Part shown: piece by piece, positions 21,230-31,774 of the stretch | Layout of the letters: every line of letters starts with the position of its first letter | Position numbering within the stretch: position 1 is the stretch's first letter | DNA from: Candidatus Bathyarchaeota archaeon | GTDB taxonomy: Archaea; Thermoproteota; Bathyarchaeia; Bathyarchaeales; Bathycorpusculaceae | DNA length: 64,000 bases | NCBI GenBank assembly: GCA_963707955.1 | Contig: OY970176.1 | Coordinates: 1,216,001 to 1,280,000 of the forward strand | Direction: 5' to 3' | Notes under the pieces: model-generated | Told to the model about the DNA's origin: nothing | The model's database searches: none | Seen by the model: only the letters and a program-made list of their open reading frames with translations | Program-made: the position numbers and the translations under genes

Positions 21230-22693
21230 TCAGTATGCTATTGCCGTCCTGACGATTGAATCCGTCTTCTCACCGCAGACTATGCATTTTCCTGTGATTC
21301 TTTCTTTCACATCCTCCGGAATACCCAAAACTCGAGCGCCGGTGATCTCTTCAAGTCTGTGTCCGCACTCCGTTTTGCCGCACCATGGGACCTCAACGAT
21401 TCCGGCACGTTTGTCCAAGAGTTTCTTTGCCTCTTCCAGTTTTTCAGTGCGGTGAACGCGCTGTTTTGTGTATTGCCAGGCTTTCTGCATCATATCAGAT
21501 GCCATTTTCTCTTGCGTCTTGCTGAGGAGCTCTGCGAGCTCCTTTCGCTTACACGTCTGCTTTTCCAAAGTGTCGCGTCTGACAACGGTGGCTTCGCCTT
21601 TTTCAATGTCCCTTGGACCAATTTCAACCCGCAGTGGAACGCCTATGAGTTCCCAGTCGAAGTATTTTGACCCAGGTGTGATGCCCTCTCTCAGGTCAGC
21701 TTCAACTCTGAACCCTCTCTCTTTCAGTTCTCTTGCAACGCTCAGGCATTCTTTGTTTACCAATTCTGCCTTGCCCTTGTACGGGATCGGGATGACTACT
21801 ACCTGTGTCGGCGCGACTTTAGGCGGCAGGACTGTTCCATGGTCGTCACCGTGCATGATCAGGACTGATGCTATTCCTCTGCCTGAGATTCCAGCGCACG
21901 TTTGCCAGACGTGTTCTCTGTCGCCGTCCCTTGTTTCGTATGAAACGTCGAAGGCCTTGGAGAAGTGTTGGCCAAGGTTGTGAACCGTTCCGATCTGCAG
22001 CGTTCTGCCGTCTGGGCATATCATGTCAAACGCGGTTGAGTACTTCGCGCCGGCAAACTTGTCCCATTCTGGCCTCCGTGAGATGCAGTAGGCCACGCAC
22101 AGTTCGTTGAAGATTTTTTTGTAGTTGTCTATCTCCTCTTGCACTTCAGCCTCTGCCTCTTCAGCCGTGGCATGCGCCGTATGTGCTTCTTTGAAGTCGA
22201 ATTCACGCATCCTCAGGATGGGTCTTGTGGCTTTGGTTTCAAACCTGAAAACAGTCACGATCTGGTAGAGTTTCAGGGGCAAGTCTGTGTAGGAGCGTAT
22301 CCACAGGTGTTCCATGGGTCCGATGATTGTTTCGCTCGTGGGCCTCAGCGCTAGCCGCTGTTTCAGTTGCTTTTGTCCTCCGTGAGTGACCCAGAAAACC
22401 TGTGCTTCAAACCCTTCGACGTGTTCAGCCTCCTTCTGCAGCGAAGACTCAGGAATCAGAAGCGGAAAAAGTGCTTCTTGATGTCCAGTCGAGTCCAGCT
22501 GGTTTCGAATCACTCGGAAGACGTTTTCACGTATCTTGAAGCCGTAGGGAAGCCACACTGCCAGTCCTTTGATCGGATACCTGTAGTCGAAGATTTTTCC
22601 TTCGATCAAAACGTTTCTGAACCATTTACCGAAATGTTTACTCCATTTTTCCCTTGAGACAGCCTTTTCACTAGTCTTTGCCGTTTTTGACAT
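21230..22693 (-). CDS. proS: proline--tRNA ligase (archaeal/eukaryotic type)
   Basis: RPTSET, FRFETK, EAHTAH and [10 protein letters not shown] motifs; C-terminal Zn site and terminal Tyr. Confidence 0.97.
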   Translation of the reverse strand: MSKTAKTSEKAVSREKWSKHFGKWFRNVLIEGKIFDYRYPIKGLAVWLPYGFKIRENVFRVIRNQLDSTGHQEALFPLLIPESSLQKEAEHVEGFEAQVFWVTHGGQKQLKQRLALRPTSETIIGPMEHLWIRSYTDLPLKLYQIVTVFRFETKATRPILRMREFDFKEAHTAHATAEEAEAEVQEEIDNYKKIFNELCVAYCISRRPEWDKFAGAKYSTAFDMICPDGRTLQIGTVHNLGQHFSKAFDVSYETRDGDREHVWQTCAGISGRGIASVLIMHGDDHGTVLPPKVAPTQVVVIPIPYKGKAELVNKECLSVARELKERGFRVEADLREGITPGSKYFDWELIGVPLRVEIGPRDIEKGEATVVRRDTLEKQTCKRKELAELLSKTQEKMASDMMQKAWQYTKQRVHRTEKLEEAKKLLDKRAGIVEVPWCGKTECGHRLEEITGARVLGIPEDVKERITGKCIVCGEKTDSIVRTAIAY

Positions 22694-22918
22694 TTTGGTC
22701 TCTCCCTTGTCTTCTACTGCTAGAATATAATTCTACCGTGAAGCTTTTCCTGAAATGGGCTGAGTCTTTCAAGAATTTAGCAACGTGGAACGCAGTCGCC
22801 CATTTCAACCACTCGTCACAACATTGCAAGAAGAAGCTATTAAACATTTTCTCGTCGCATTCTTTCAACTCTTCGGGACTCAAATGATGGAAGATTTCTC
22901 TGAGAATATTTATACTGT

Positions 22919-23284
22919 TTGAAATGGCATAGTAGAAGAAAAGAGAGTGATAAAATGACTCTTTTCAAAGTAGAAACATACGTCATAAAACCAGAAAAGC
23001 AGGAGGAGTACAGGGCAATCATGAAGAAATGGGTCGCATATATCAAAAAGAACAAAGAAAAATGTATAGAGCTTAAATCATGGAAACTGTTCTCCCAAAT
23101 GACTGGTGGCAACTCAGGTGGATATGTCGAAATGGGCGCGTTTGAGAGCCTGGCGGACTATGAGAAGTTCATGCACAGAATCTTTCACGGACAGGACAAA
23201 TTCATCGCGGCAATCGTGTCAGGTTTTACGACTTGTGTAGTGCCTGGCACATACTCGATGAATATATGGAATTCTGTCATGTAA
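22919..23284 (+). CDS. hypothetical protein, NIPSNAP/dimeric alpha-beta barrel-like
   Basis: TYVIKPEK...FESLADYEK pattern; probable start near 22955. Confidence 0.55.
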   Translation: MKWHSRRKESDKMTLFKVETYVIKPEKQEEYRAIMKKWVAYIKKNKEKCIELKSWKLFSQMTGGNSGGYVEMGAFESLADYEKFMHRIFHGQDKFIAAIVSGFTTCVVPGTYSMNIWNSVM

Positions 23285-23325
23285 CTCACCAAAAGGATTT
23301 TTGGGGAACGGCCATGTTCCATCAT

Positions 23326-23506
23326 ATGCAGGGTCACTCCAGCGAGTTTTATGATCGGTTTGCCGACAAGTGTGATGTGATGATTTCCGGATAAGCGATA
23401 CGGTGTAGATTTGCCGTTTTTCAAGAGTGTTTTTGGGAGGTATAACGTAAAATCCATACTCGACTGTTCGTGTGGAACTGGAAAACATGTAGCCGGAACA
23501 AAGTGA
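23326..23506 (+). pseudogene. truncated class I SAM-dependent methyltransferase remnant
   Basis: Reads FYDRFADKCDVMIS, frameshifts, then DKRYGVDLPFFKSVFGRYNVKSILDCSCGTGKHV (motif I), then stops. Confidence 0.7.
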
Positions 23507-23707
23507 TATCTGAGAATTACGTAGAGACGGAAGTGCACGGTTTTGGAAATTGCCTTCCAATTTGGCACCTTTTTTTGAGGCAATTCGAGCCCAGAGGATT
23601 CAACGGACTTTTCTTTGTCACTCTTCTCTGGCGGTTGCGTAAGTGTTTTAACTTCTTCAGCCTAAGCTTAGTGCGTTCTCAGAATGCGGGGATGGCGCAG
23701 GTTGAGT

Positions 23708-24950
23708 TTGAAGGCGATTCTAGTCGTTGCAGATGGGATGGCTGACAGGCCTTTAAGGGAGACTGGGCTGGAAAACACCGTTGGAGACGGCCAATAAGCC
23801 TGTGCTGGATCAGATAGCCAAGACAGGAATCTGTGGCATAATCGACCCGATCGCCCCCGGAGTCCCTGCTGGAAGCGACGCTGCCACGCTTGCGATACTA
23901 GGTTACGAACCTGTGAAGTTTTACTCAGGGAGAGGCGCTTTGGAAGCCGTAGGCTCAGGCGTTACAGTTTTGCCTTCAGATGTCGGTATCAGGTGCAACT
24001 TCGCAACGGTCAACGAGGTCCTTGCCGTTTTAGACAGACGCGCCGGCAGGATTGATAATAAAGACGCTACCAAACTCGCCGCAAGTCTTCAGAAAGTCAG
24101 GCTTCCAAAGTCGTTCAATGCCGAATTCCTGTTCAAGAACACTGTACAGCATCGTGCAGCCCTGGTTCTTCGCGGACCAAAACTGTTACCCGCGATAAGT
24201 GACTCAGACCCCGAGACTGATGGAAAGAAAGTTTTGCAGGTAAAACCGTTGGACAAGAGTCCAGAGGCTAAACGCACGGCCAGAATCGTGAACACGCTCA
24301 CGCATGAATTTCGCATGGTTTTGAAAGAACACCCAGTCAACAGGAGAAGAGCCAAGGAGGGATTGCCGCAGGCAAACATGATCTTGTGCAGGGGAGCGGG
24401 CACCGTTCCGAAAATAGTCCCGCTGCATGAACAGTTCGGCATTAAGCCTGCGTGCGTTGCGGCTGTCTCTCTGATTAAGGGCGTGTGCAAAGTTGCTGGG
24501 ATGAGTCTGATCCATGTTAAAGGGGCCACTGGAACTCCTCAGACTGATTACTCGGCTAAAGCGAAGGCGGCCGTTCATGCCTTGAGGACACATGATTTTG
24601 TGTTTTTGCACGTGAAGGCAACAGACGTGGCAAGTCACGATGGGGATGTCAAGCTAAAGATCGAAGTGATAGAAAAGATTGACAGGATGCTTGGTTATGT
24701 TGTTGACCACGTTGATGTCGACTCAACTTTCTTGGCGGTGACTGCCGATCACACAACGTCTCTGGCTACGCGGAACCATGAGGGTGACCCCGTTCCTGTC
24801 GCAATCGCTGGGCCCTACGTTCGACGTGACGATGTTGCTGAGTATGGTGAGAGAACGTGCGCCCGAGGAGGTTTGAACAGGATAAGGGGTGTTGATCTTA
24901 TGCCTACTCTGATGAGCTATATGGGTAAGGCAAAGAAGTTCGGTGCTTAG
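23708..24950 (+). CDS. apgM: 2,3-BPG-independent phosphoglycerate mutase (archaeal), frameshift near 23762
   Basis: MKAILVVADGMADRP in an upstream frame joins LGWKTPLETA; GSD, DVASHDG and TADHTT motifs. Confidence 0.92.
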
Positions 24951-24998
24951 CGCACGCTTGTCTGAGCAGACTAGATATGAGTGTTGCAGGCTTCACGG

Positions 24999-25622
24999 TT
25001 ACTTTTTCTTTTCAGATTTGGCAGCCGCCATGAGAGACTCTATGAAGCTTTCAGGGTTCTTCGGAGTTATTAGATAGATTCCATGCTGGGCTCTTATCAA
25101 CACGCCGTCTTTGAAGTTGGTCATGGCCACGAAGGCTCTTCCAACGTTTGGAAAATAAAAGTACCCTCCATACCCGCTTGCTCCGAAGAGTCTGATGCCG
25201 AAGGGTATCAATGTTCTCTCCGCGGATTCTATCGTTTCCAAAGGGATCCTCTTCGTCCCCCCGATTAAGATCGATGCTTTTATGACAAGTTCTTTCTGGG
25301 TCAGCGTGTACGTTGTTCTGTAAATGGAAGCCACTAGAGATATCATTATTATCTCCACTGCAGCTATGACGATTAATCCGATGATTGCTCCAATCTGAGG
25401 CGACTGCAAGTACAAGTAGACAAAGAGAAGCCCGAGAGCAGCAACTACGACTATCATTGCTACATAAAACCGAGCCAGCGGTCTCGAAACCTCGGGTCTA
25501 TTAACGACACTCGTTTCTGCTCGCCATACACGGATTTGCGCTAGACTAAGAGGTGGCACGTATGTAAGGTTACTCGTCCCACAACAGTGGGCGGGCTTTA
25601 TTGAACCTGCATGAGTCTCCAT
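24999..25622 (-). CDS. membrane protein with bacterial PH-like domain
   Basis: Two TM helices followed by IRLFGASGYGGYF...YLITP; start uncertain. Confidence 0.7.
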   Translation of the reverse strand: METHAGSIKPAHCCGTSNLTYVPPLSLAQIRVWRAETSVVNRPEVSRPLARFYVAMIVVVAALGLLFVYLYLQSPQIGAIIGLIVIAAVEIIMISLVASIYRTTYTLTQKELVIKASILIGGTKRIPLETIESAERTLIPFGIRLFGASGYGGYFYFPNVGRAFVAMTNFKDGVLIRAQHGIYLITPKNPESFIESLMAAAKSEKKK

Positions 25623-26716
25623 TCTTTGTAGTCTGTTACGACTCTGATGTATCCCCTGAGCATCTTGTCCGTTCTAGGGTCACCAGTGTCGACCCTTAAG
25701 ACTTTCCCGTTAATGTTCTGTAGCTTACTCTTCGTTGCTGCAACGATTATCCGTTCCTTTCCAACGCGTTTCACGATTTTTGGACTTATCTGCTGATTCC
25801 CTCTTCCAAGCAGAATACCCTGATGTCCAATCGGCGAAAGAACAATCCACGCGTTTTTCCAATCTTTCACTTCCTGAAGAATTCTTCCCTCGTCGACATC
25901 CTGAATCGCCTTCTTGTTTTGGCAGATGTCCACGCCTAGAACCGTTTTTTCGACGCCAAGCAGCTCTGCGATTCGCTTAACCGTTGTCCCAGGTCCCAGA
26001 ATCCACGTTGCATCGTTCGGCACTTGTTCCAAAATGAACCGCGCTATCGCCATCTGATTGTCAGCCTCGTCATCCGTTTCAGGACTCACCTGCTTGCTTC
26101 CCGCTATGCGAACTGGCAGAAAAGGCCCTTTCAAAAAGCCATGAAGCTTTACGGCGAAGACGTCTCTGCGTATCGCCTTTTCATCAGAATCCATAACTTC
26201 GAGGTCAGTGATTTCAGCTCGCCCTTGGGAATACGCCAGAACGACTTCCACGGCGTCTGAGGGGTTAACGGCAAAGATGCCGCTGTACATTTTGACGCCA
26301 GACGGGACGCCTAGAACTGGCACCTGGCGACAGCCTTGCATTGCGTCTAGAATGTCCTTAGCTGTTCCGTCGCCGCCCACAAAGACTATCAAGTCAACGT
26401 TTGCCCCAGCAAGAAGGTCAACCGCTGTCTTTGTATCTTCAGCAGTTGTCTCACTTCCAATTTTCATCGGCAAAACTTGCACGTGGAAGTCTGCTTCCCT
26501 TGCCTCTTCTTCACCCATGATTCCGGGGCATGCTATGACCTGGACAGACTTCTCCGTCATGTTACGCTTCAGCTTCTTCAGGAATTCGGTTGCTCTGCTC
26601 GGCGCAACCTGTTTAGCTCCTCTGGCTATCGCCTCTTCGAGCACGTCGTCTGTTCCTTTCAAGCCCACTCTGCCACCCATGCCTGCTATAGGGTTCACGA
26701 TGAAGCCTAGACGCAT
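25598..26716 (-). CDS. ATP-NAD kinase-like / AcoX family protein (COG3199-like)
   Basis: IVNPIAGMGG, GGDGTA, GVKMYS, GRGNQQ and VDTGD motifs. Confidence 0.88.
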   Translation of the reverse strand: MRLGFIVNPIAGMGGRVGLKGTDDVLEEAIARGAKQVAPSRATEFLKKLKRNMTEKSVQVIACPGIMGEEEAREADFHVQVLPMKIGSETTAEDTKTAVDLLAGANVDLIVFVGGDGTAKDILDAMQGCRQVPVLGVPSGVKMYSGIFAVNPSDAVEVVLAYSQGRAEITDLEVMDSDEKAIRRDVFAVKLHGFLKGPFLPVRIAGSKQVSPETDDEADNQMAIARFILEQVPNDATWILGPGTTVKRIAELLGVEKTVLGVDICQNKKAIQDVDEGRILQEVKDWKNAWIVLSPIGHQGILLGRGNQQISPKIVKRVGKERIIVAATKSKLQNINGKVLRVDTGDPRTDKMLRGYIRVVTDYKEWRLMQVQ

Positions 26717-26924
26717 CGTTTATCAGTTAAACAAGATTTGCTGAGTGAGCTATAAACCATTTTTCACAGGCATAGAAAGTTCAAAGACTGGGTTGACCGC
26801 GTGCATGGAAATTCAGAGAGTCTCACCGACGTGAAAACTGCTTTTCAGGCTGAAAACTCTTATATTTCAAAATCCTAGACCCTCTGCTCACGGACGGAGA
26901 GGGCTTCAAGTGCAGAGCAGAAGG

Positions 26925-27887
26925 ATGAAAAAGCTTCTTGTAACCGGCGCCACCGGCCAAATCGGTTCTGAACTGACCGTGGCTTTGCGGAAAAAATACG
27001 GCGGTGACAACGTTGTTGCTGTCGGTCATAAAAGAAAGCCAAGCGATGAACTCGTTAGTTCAGGTCCCTTCGAGTTTGTCGACGTTGGCGAGAAGAAAAG
27101 CCTTGAAAAGGTTGTGAACAAGTATGGTGTTGACACTGTTTACCATCTGGCGGCTGTTCTTTCCGCTACGGGGGAGCAGAACCCTCAGGCTGCGTGGAAC
27201 CTGAACATGAGTAGCCTTTACAATGTGCTCGAAATCGCGAGGGAACACGGCTTAACCAGGGTTTTCTGGCCCAGCTCAATCGCGGTTTTCGGGCCTACCG
27301 CTCCGCGCACTGACACTCCTCAGGAAACGGTTATGATTCCGGGGACGATGTACGGCGTTACAAAAGTCGCTGGTGAGCTCCTGTGCAACTATTACTTCGT
27401 CAAGTACGGCGTGGACGTTAGAGGCGTCAGATACCCGGGCATAATAAGCAGTGAAACTGCTCCAGGCGGAGGGACAACGGACTATGCAGTGGAAATATTC
27501 TATGAGGCTTTAAAGAAGAAACGGTACACGTGCTTCGTGAGGGAAGACACGGTTTTGCCGATGATGTACATGCCGGACTGCCTCAAGTCAACCCTAGATC
27601 TGATGGAAGCCGACGCGTCAAGAGTGAAGCGTCACGACAGCTACAACGTGGCGGGGATGAGCTTCTCGGCCGGCCAGCTTGCGACAGAGATCAGGAAGCA
27701 CGTTGCGGATTTCAAGTGCGACTACAAGCCCGACTTCAGACAAAAAATCGCCGACTCATGGCCCATGTCGATCGACGATAGCGCAGCACGCAAAGACTGG
27801 GGTTGGAAACCATCCTACAACCTGGCCACGATGACGGCGGATATGGTGCAGAAGCTGTCGAAAAGGTTCGCTGAGGGCGGACTCTAG
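26925..27887 (+). CDS. tdh: L-threonine 3-dehydrogenase (SDR type)
   Basis: GATGQIG, YGVTK, PGGGTTDYA and RQKIADSWP motifs; adjacent to kbl. Confidence 0.9.
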   Translation: MKKLLVTGATGQIGSELTVALRKKYGGDNVVAVGHKRKPSDELVSSGPFEFVDVGEKKSLEKVVNKYGVDTVYHLAAVLSATGEQNPQAAWNLNMSSLYNVLEIAREHGLTRVFWPSSIAVFGPTAPRTDTPQETVMIPGTMYGVTKVAGELLCNYYFVKYGVDVRGVRYPGIISSETAPGGGTTDYAVEIFYEALKKKRYTCFVREDTVLPMMYMPDCLKSTLDLMEADASRVKRHDSYNVAGMSFSAGQLATEIRKHVADFKCDYKPDFRQKIADSWPMSIDDSAARKDWGWKPSYNLATMTADMVQKLSKRFAEGGL

Positions 27888-27943
27888 CCTGCGAGCGAGA
27901 AAGAGTTAAGAGAAGGATCCGGAAAAATAAAACGAAAAGAGGC

Positions 27944-29146
27944 ATGGTGAAAATGCGGGATCCCACATCGTTTCTGCGAGAAGAATATGAAGCGTTGGTG
28001 AAAAGCGAGCTTGACTGGAAAATCCGTGTTCTGCAAGGCCCTAGCACGCCGTGGTGCGTTGTCGACGGCAAAAAAGTTTTGATGTTCTGTTCAAACAATT
28101 ACCTGAGCCTCAGCAATCATCCGAAGCTGAAAGAAACTGCGATAAAGGCTGTTCAAACTCACGGTGCAGGCTCCGGATCAGTTCGGCCTATAGCGGGAAC
28201 AATGGACATACACGTTGAATTAGAGAAACGGCTTGCGAAATTCAAACACGCGGAGGCTTCGCTCGTTTATCAGACGGGCTTCGCGGTCAACGCAGGTCTC
28301 ATCCCTCAGCTTGTTGGAAAAGAGGATCTGATAATAAGTGATGAGCTTAACCATGGCAGCATCATCGACGGTGTCCGACTGGCTCACGCTGAGAGGGCGG
28401 TTTACAAGCATTCGGACACGCAGGACTTGCGACGCGTTTTGGATGAGGCGGAGAAGCATTCTCCACCGTACAGACGAATTCTGATAATCACTGATGGGGT
28501 TTTCTCGATGGACGGTGACATCGCTCCCCTTGACAAGATAGCTAAGGCCGCCGCTGAACACGGCGCAATGGTCTACGTTGATGACGCCCACGGCGAAGGC
28601 GTACTTGGCGAGGGCGGCAGAGGCATCGTCTCGCACTTCAAGCTTACCCGAGACTTGGTTCACGTGGAAATGGGCACCTTCTCAAAGGCTTTCGGAGTTG
28701 TGGGCGGACACGTTTCAGGCTCTAAAGACCTGTTCAACTTCGCCTACAACAAGTCGCGGACCTGGCTTCTCAGCGGGTCACACCCGCCCGCGGTTGCAGC
28801 CGCTTGCATAGCCGCCATTGACGTCTTAGAAAAAGAGCCACAACACGTGAAGACCCTGTGGGACCACACTACATACTTCAAGAAAGCCATGAAGGACCTA
28901 GGCTTCAACATAGGCAACAGTCAAACACCGATCACACCGATCATCGTGGGCGAAAGCGGCCTGGCAAAGAAACTGAGCCAACGGCTCTTTGAGGAAGGAG
29001 TGTTTGCTTTGCCTATTGTGTTTCCGATGGTTGCACGGGACAAGGCTAGGATAAGAACGATAATGAACGCTGCCCTGACGAGGAAGGACTTAGATTTCGC
29101 CATCAGCGCTTTCGAAAAGATCGGAAAAGAACTGCAAATAATCTAA
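27944..29146 (+). CDS. kbl: glycine C-acetyltransferase (2-amino-3-ketobutyrate CoA ligase)
   Basis: SNNYL, DELNHGSIIDG, DGVFSMDG, DDAHG and GTFSKAFG motifs; follows tdh. Confidence 0.9.
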   Translation: MVKMRDPTSFLREEYEALVKSELDWKIRVLQGPSTPWCVVDGKKVLMFCSNNYLSLSNHPKLKETAIKAVQTHGAGSGSVRPIAGTMDIHVELEKRLAKFKHAEASLVYQTGFAVNAGLIPQLVGKEDLIISDELNHGSIIDGVRLAHAERAVYKHSDTQDLRRVLDEAEKHSPPYRRILIITDGVFSMDGDIAPLDKIAKAAAEHGAMVYVDDAHGEGVLGEGGRGIVSHFKLTRDLVHVEMGTFSKAFGVVGGHVSGSKDLFNFAYNKSRTWLLSGSHPPAVAAACIAAIDVLEKEPQHVKTLWDHTTYFKKAMKDLGFNIGNSQTPITPIIVGESGLAKKLSQRLFEEGVFALPIVFPMVARDKARIRTIMNAALTRKDLDFAISAFEKIGKELQII

Positions 29147-29184
29147 AACTGCTCATTTCTAAAGGCTTTTTCAATTGTTCTCGG

Positions 29185-29871
29185 GTGCAAAGTGAGACAG
29201 TGATGGATGTTAGAACAGCCAAGAGGCTTCTTCGAGAGGAAATATGGAGAAAACTTGAGGCTGAAGGTGTTGCAAGGTTTCCACTACCATGCTTTGGACA
29301 CGTGCCAAACTTTGAAGGCTCCGACAAGGCTGCACAGAACGTTAGGCTTCTGACAGAGTGGAAAGAAGCGAAGGTTGTGTTTGTCAACCCAGATTTTGCT
29401 CAACAGAAAGTCAGAGAATATGCGCTTTTGGACGGAAAGTTGCTTGTCATGGCTTCGCCGAAACTTGAACACGGCTACATCGTGGTTGATCCAGCGAAGG
29501 TTAGAGGCTCAGAGAGTCATGCTTCCACCATAAGAGGAGCATTCAATGTGGGAAAAATCGTAGACCTTCAACAGATGCCCAGGCCGGACCTGATCGTTGA
29601 GGGATCAGTTGCCATCGATCTAGATGGGAACAGGCTTGGCAAAGGAGGCGGGTATGGCGACGTGGAGATACGAGCTTTGAAGACAGAATTTGGGTCTCTG
29701 CCTGTCATAACGACCGTCCATGACATGCAAGTTGTTCGAAGTGTTCCCTTTGAGGGGAAAGATGAAAAAGTGTCAATTATCGTGACGCCCAAGAGGGTCA
29801 TTCGTGTTTCAAGAAGCGAAGAGCATGCAGCACGTGCATCTCCAGATTCGAATAAGTTATGCCCAACGTAA
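29185..29871 (+). CDS. 5-formyltetrahydrofolate cyclo-ligase family (MTHFSD-like)
   Basis: PNFEG, NPD, GSVA and RLGKGGGYGD motifs. Confidence 0.88.
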   Translation: MQSETVMDVRTAKRLLREEIWRKLEAEGVARFPLPCFGHVPNFEGSDKAAQNVRLLTEWKEAKVVFVNPDFAQQKVREYALLDGKLLVMASPKLEHGYIVVDPAKVRGSESHASTIRGAFNVGKIVDLQQMPRPDLIVEGSVAIDLDGNRLGKGGGYGDVEIRALKTEFGSLPVITTVHDMQVVRSVPFEGKDEKVSIIVTPKRVIRVSRSEEHAARASPDSNKLCPT

Positions 29872-29931
29872 CAGTTAATCTTAAAACCTAAGATGTGAAA
29901 GAATAACAGCACTACAATAAGGTGAACAAAC

Positions 29932-30342
29932 ATGGTGAAAGTAGAAGGATACGAAGTTCCTGAAGGACTATACTACACGAAAGAGTTCGAATGGCTCAAG
30001 GTTGAAGGTGACAAGGTCCGCGTAGGTGTCACAGACTACGCTCAGAAACAGCTCAGGGAAATCGTCTACGCAGAACTGCCGAGCCCGGGGACGACGACGA
30101 AACAGAACGAGCCATACGGCACTGTGGAGTCGGTTAAAGCGGTCTCAGACCTGGTCGCGCCCGTAAGCGGAACGATAGAGGAAGTGAACACAGAGGTCCA
30201 GTCGAAACCTGAACTGTTGAACGAAGACCCGTACGCGAAAGGCTGGCTCGTGATAATGAAGCCGTCAAACCTGAAAGCAGAGCTTGCCAACCTTATGGAC
30301 TTCAACCAAGCCGTCGAGTGGCACAAGACGCTGAAGAAATGA
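29932..30342 (+). CDS. gcvH: glycine cleavage system H protein
   Basis: VGVTDYAQ, lipoyl-Lys motif VESVKAVSD, and NEDPY..GW. Confidence 0.96.
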   Translation: MVKVEGYEVPEGLYYTKEFEWLKVEGDKVRVGVTDYAQKQLREIVYAELPSPGTTTKQNEPYGTVESVKAVSDLVAPVSGTIEEVNTEVQSKPELLNEDPYAKGWLVIMKPSNLKAELANLMDFNQAVEWHKTLKK

Positions 30343-30352
30343 AGGCCCACAA

Positions 30353-31699
30353 ATGCCTAAGCGCATAGTAGTCATCGGTGCACACGCAGCAGGCGTGGAC
30401 GCTGCGTCAGCGGCCAGAAAAACGGACCGGCAAGCAGAAATAACTATGATAACTGAAGAGAAGCATGCTGGTTACTCGCGCTGCGGACTGCCCTTCGTCA
30501 TAGGCGGCCAGATCCCAAGCTTTAATGACCTGATAGTTTTTTCTCCAGCATATTTTCAAATGATGAAGATCAGCCTTAAAACCGAAACGAAAGCGACGGC
30601 TGTAAACACGCAAAACAAGACTGTTGACACGACTGACAAGGACGGCAAGACTGAAACGTTACAGTACGACAGCCTGATATTAGCCACGGGCGCCAGCTCG
30701 TTTACGCCTCCGATAAAGGGCAGAGAGAAGCAGGGTTTGAGTTCCCTTCGAACCTTAGAAGACGGCGAGAAGATTGATCAGGCGATCAAGAAAGGAGCAA
30801 AGACCGCCGTTGTCATGGGTGCAGGTCTGATTGGGCTTGAAACGGCCGTGGCACTGCACGAAAGAGGGTTGAAAGTAACAGTTGTGGAGATGCTGCCTCA
30901 GGTGCTGCCTCTCCCTCTTGACGTTGAAATGGCGAAGATGCTTCAAGACCTGCTTGAGCAAAAAGGAATAACTGTGCTCACTGGAAAAACCGTTGAAGAG
31001 TTCCTGGGAACCGACAGGGTGACAGGCATCATGGCAGGCGGAGAGCAGATTAACGCAGACCTGTTCATGAGCGCCTTCGGAGTGAGGTCAAACACGCAAC
31101 TCGCCGTCAACGCTGGCATAGCCTTGGGTGAAACCAAAGCCATCAGAACAAACGCGCGAATGGAAACAAACATCAAAGACGTCTACGCCATAGGCGACTG
31201 CGCAGAAACCTTTGGCATAGCAACGCAGAGACCAGTGCTGCCGCAGCTCGGCACGGTGGCGGTGAGAACGGGAAAAGTGGCAGGCATGAACGCCGCAGGA
31301 GGATACTCCCTCTTCACAGGCGCCTTAGGTTCCGCTGTTTCAAGGCTGTTTGACACAGACTGCGGTTGGACAGGGTTGACGGAAGCAGCCGCAAAAAAGG
31401 CAAGTATAGAAGTGGTCAGTGGCACAATCGCTTCAAAGACCAAGGCTGACTATTATCCAGGCGCCTTGCCGATAAAGGTCAAGCTTGTCGTGGAGAAAGA
31501 GTCGCAGAGAATAATCGGCGCACAGATCGTCGGCGGAGAAGAAGTCACTCAACGCATCAACGCCATATCTCTGGCAATACAGAGGGGAATGACCGCGAGA
31601 GACCTTTCGAAGGCAGACACTGCATACGCACCGCCCTTGTGCGAGACTTGGGAGCCGATGGTTCTGGCTGCAGAAATGGTGCTGATGAAGCTCCGTTAG
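30353..31699 (+). CDS. FAD-dependent pyridine nucleotide-disulfide oxidoreductase (NADH oxidase/CoA-disulfide reductase type)
   Basis: Single redox Cys in YSRCGLPF; GAGLIG, GDCA and YAPP motifs. Confidence 0.9.
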   Translation: MPKRIVVIGAHAAGVDAASAARKTDRQAEITMITEEKHAGYSRCGLPFVIGGQIPSFNDLIVFSPAYFQMMKISLKTETKATAVNTQNKTVDTTDKDGKTETLQYDSLILATGASSFTPPIKGREKQGLSSLRTLEDGEKIDQAIKKGAKTAVVMGAGLIGLETAVALHERGLKVTVVEMLPQVLPLPLDVEMAKMLQDLLEQKGITVLTGKTVEEFLGTDRVTGIMAGGEQINADLFMSAFGVRSNTQLAVNAGIALGETKAIRTNARMETNIKDVYAIGDCAETFGIATQRPVLPQLGTVAVRTGKVAGMNAAGGYSLFTGALGSAVSRLFDTDCGWTGLTEAAAKKASIEVVSGTIASKTKADYYPGALPIKVKLVVEKESQRIIGAQIVGGEEVTQRINAISLAIQRGMTARDLSKADTAYAPPLCETWEPMVLAAEMVLMKLR

Positions 31700-31774
31700 C
31701 AACGACTCATTTCTTCAATGCAAAACAAGTCGGAAACTTAATTAGGAGCATGCCTAAACAAAAAACACGCAATT

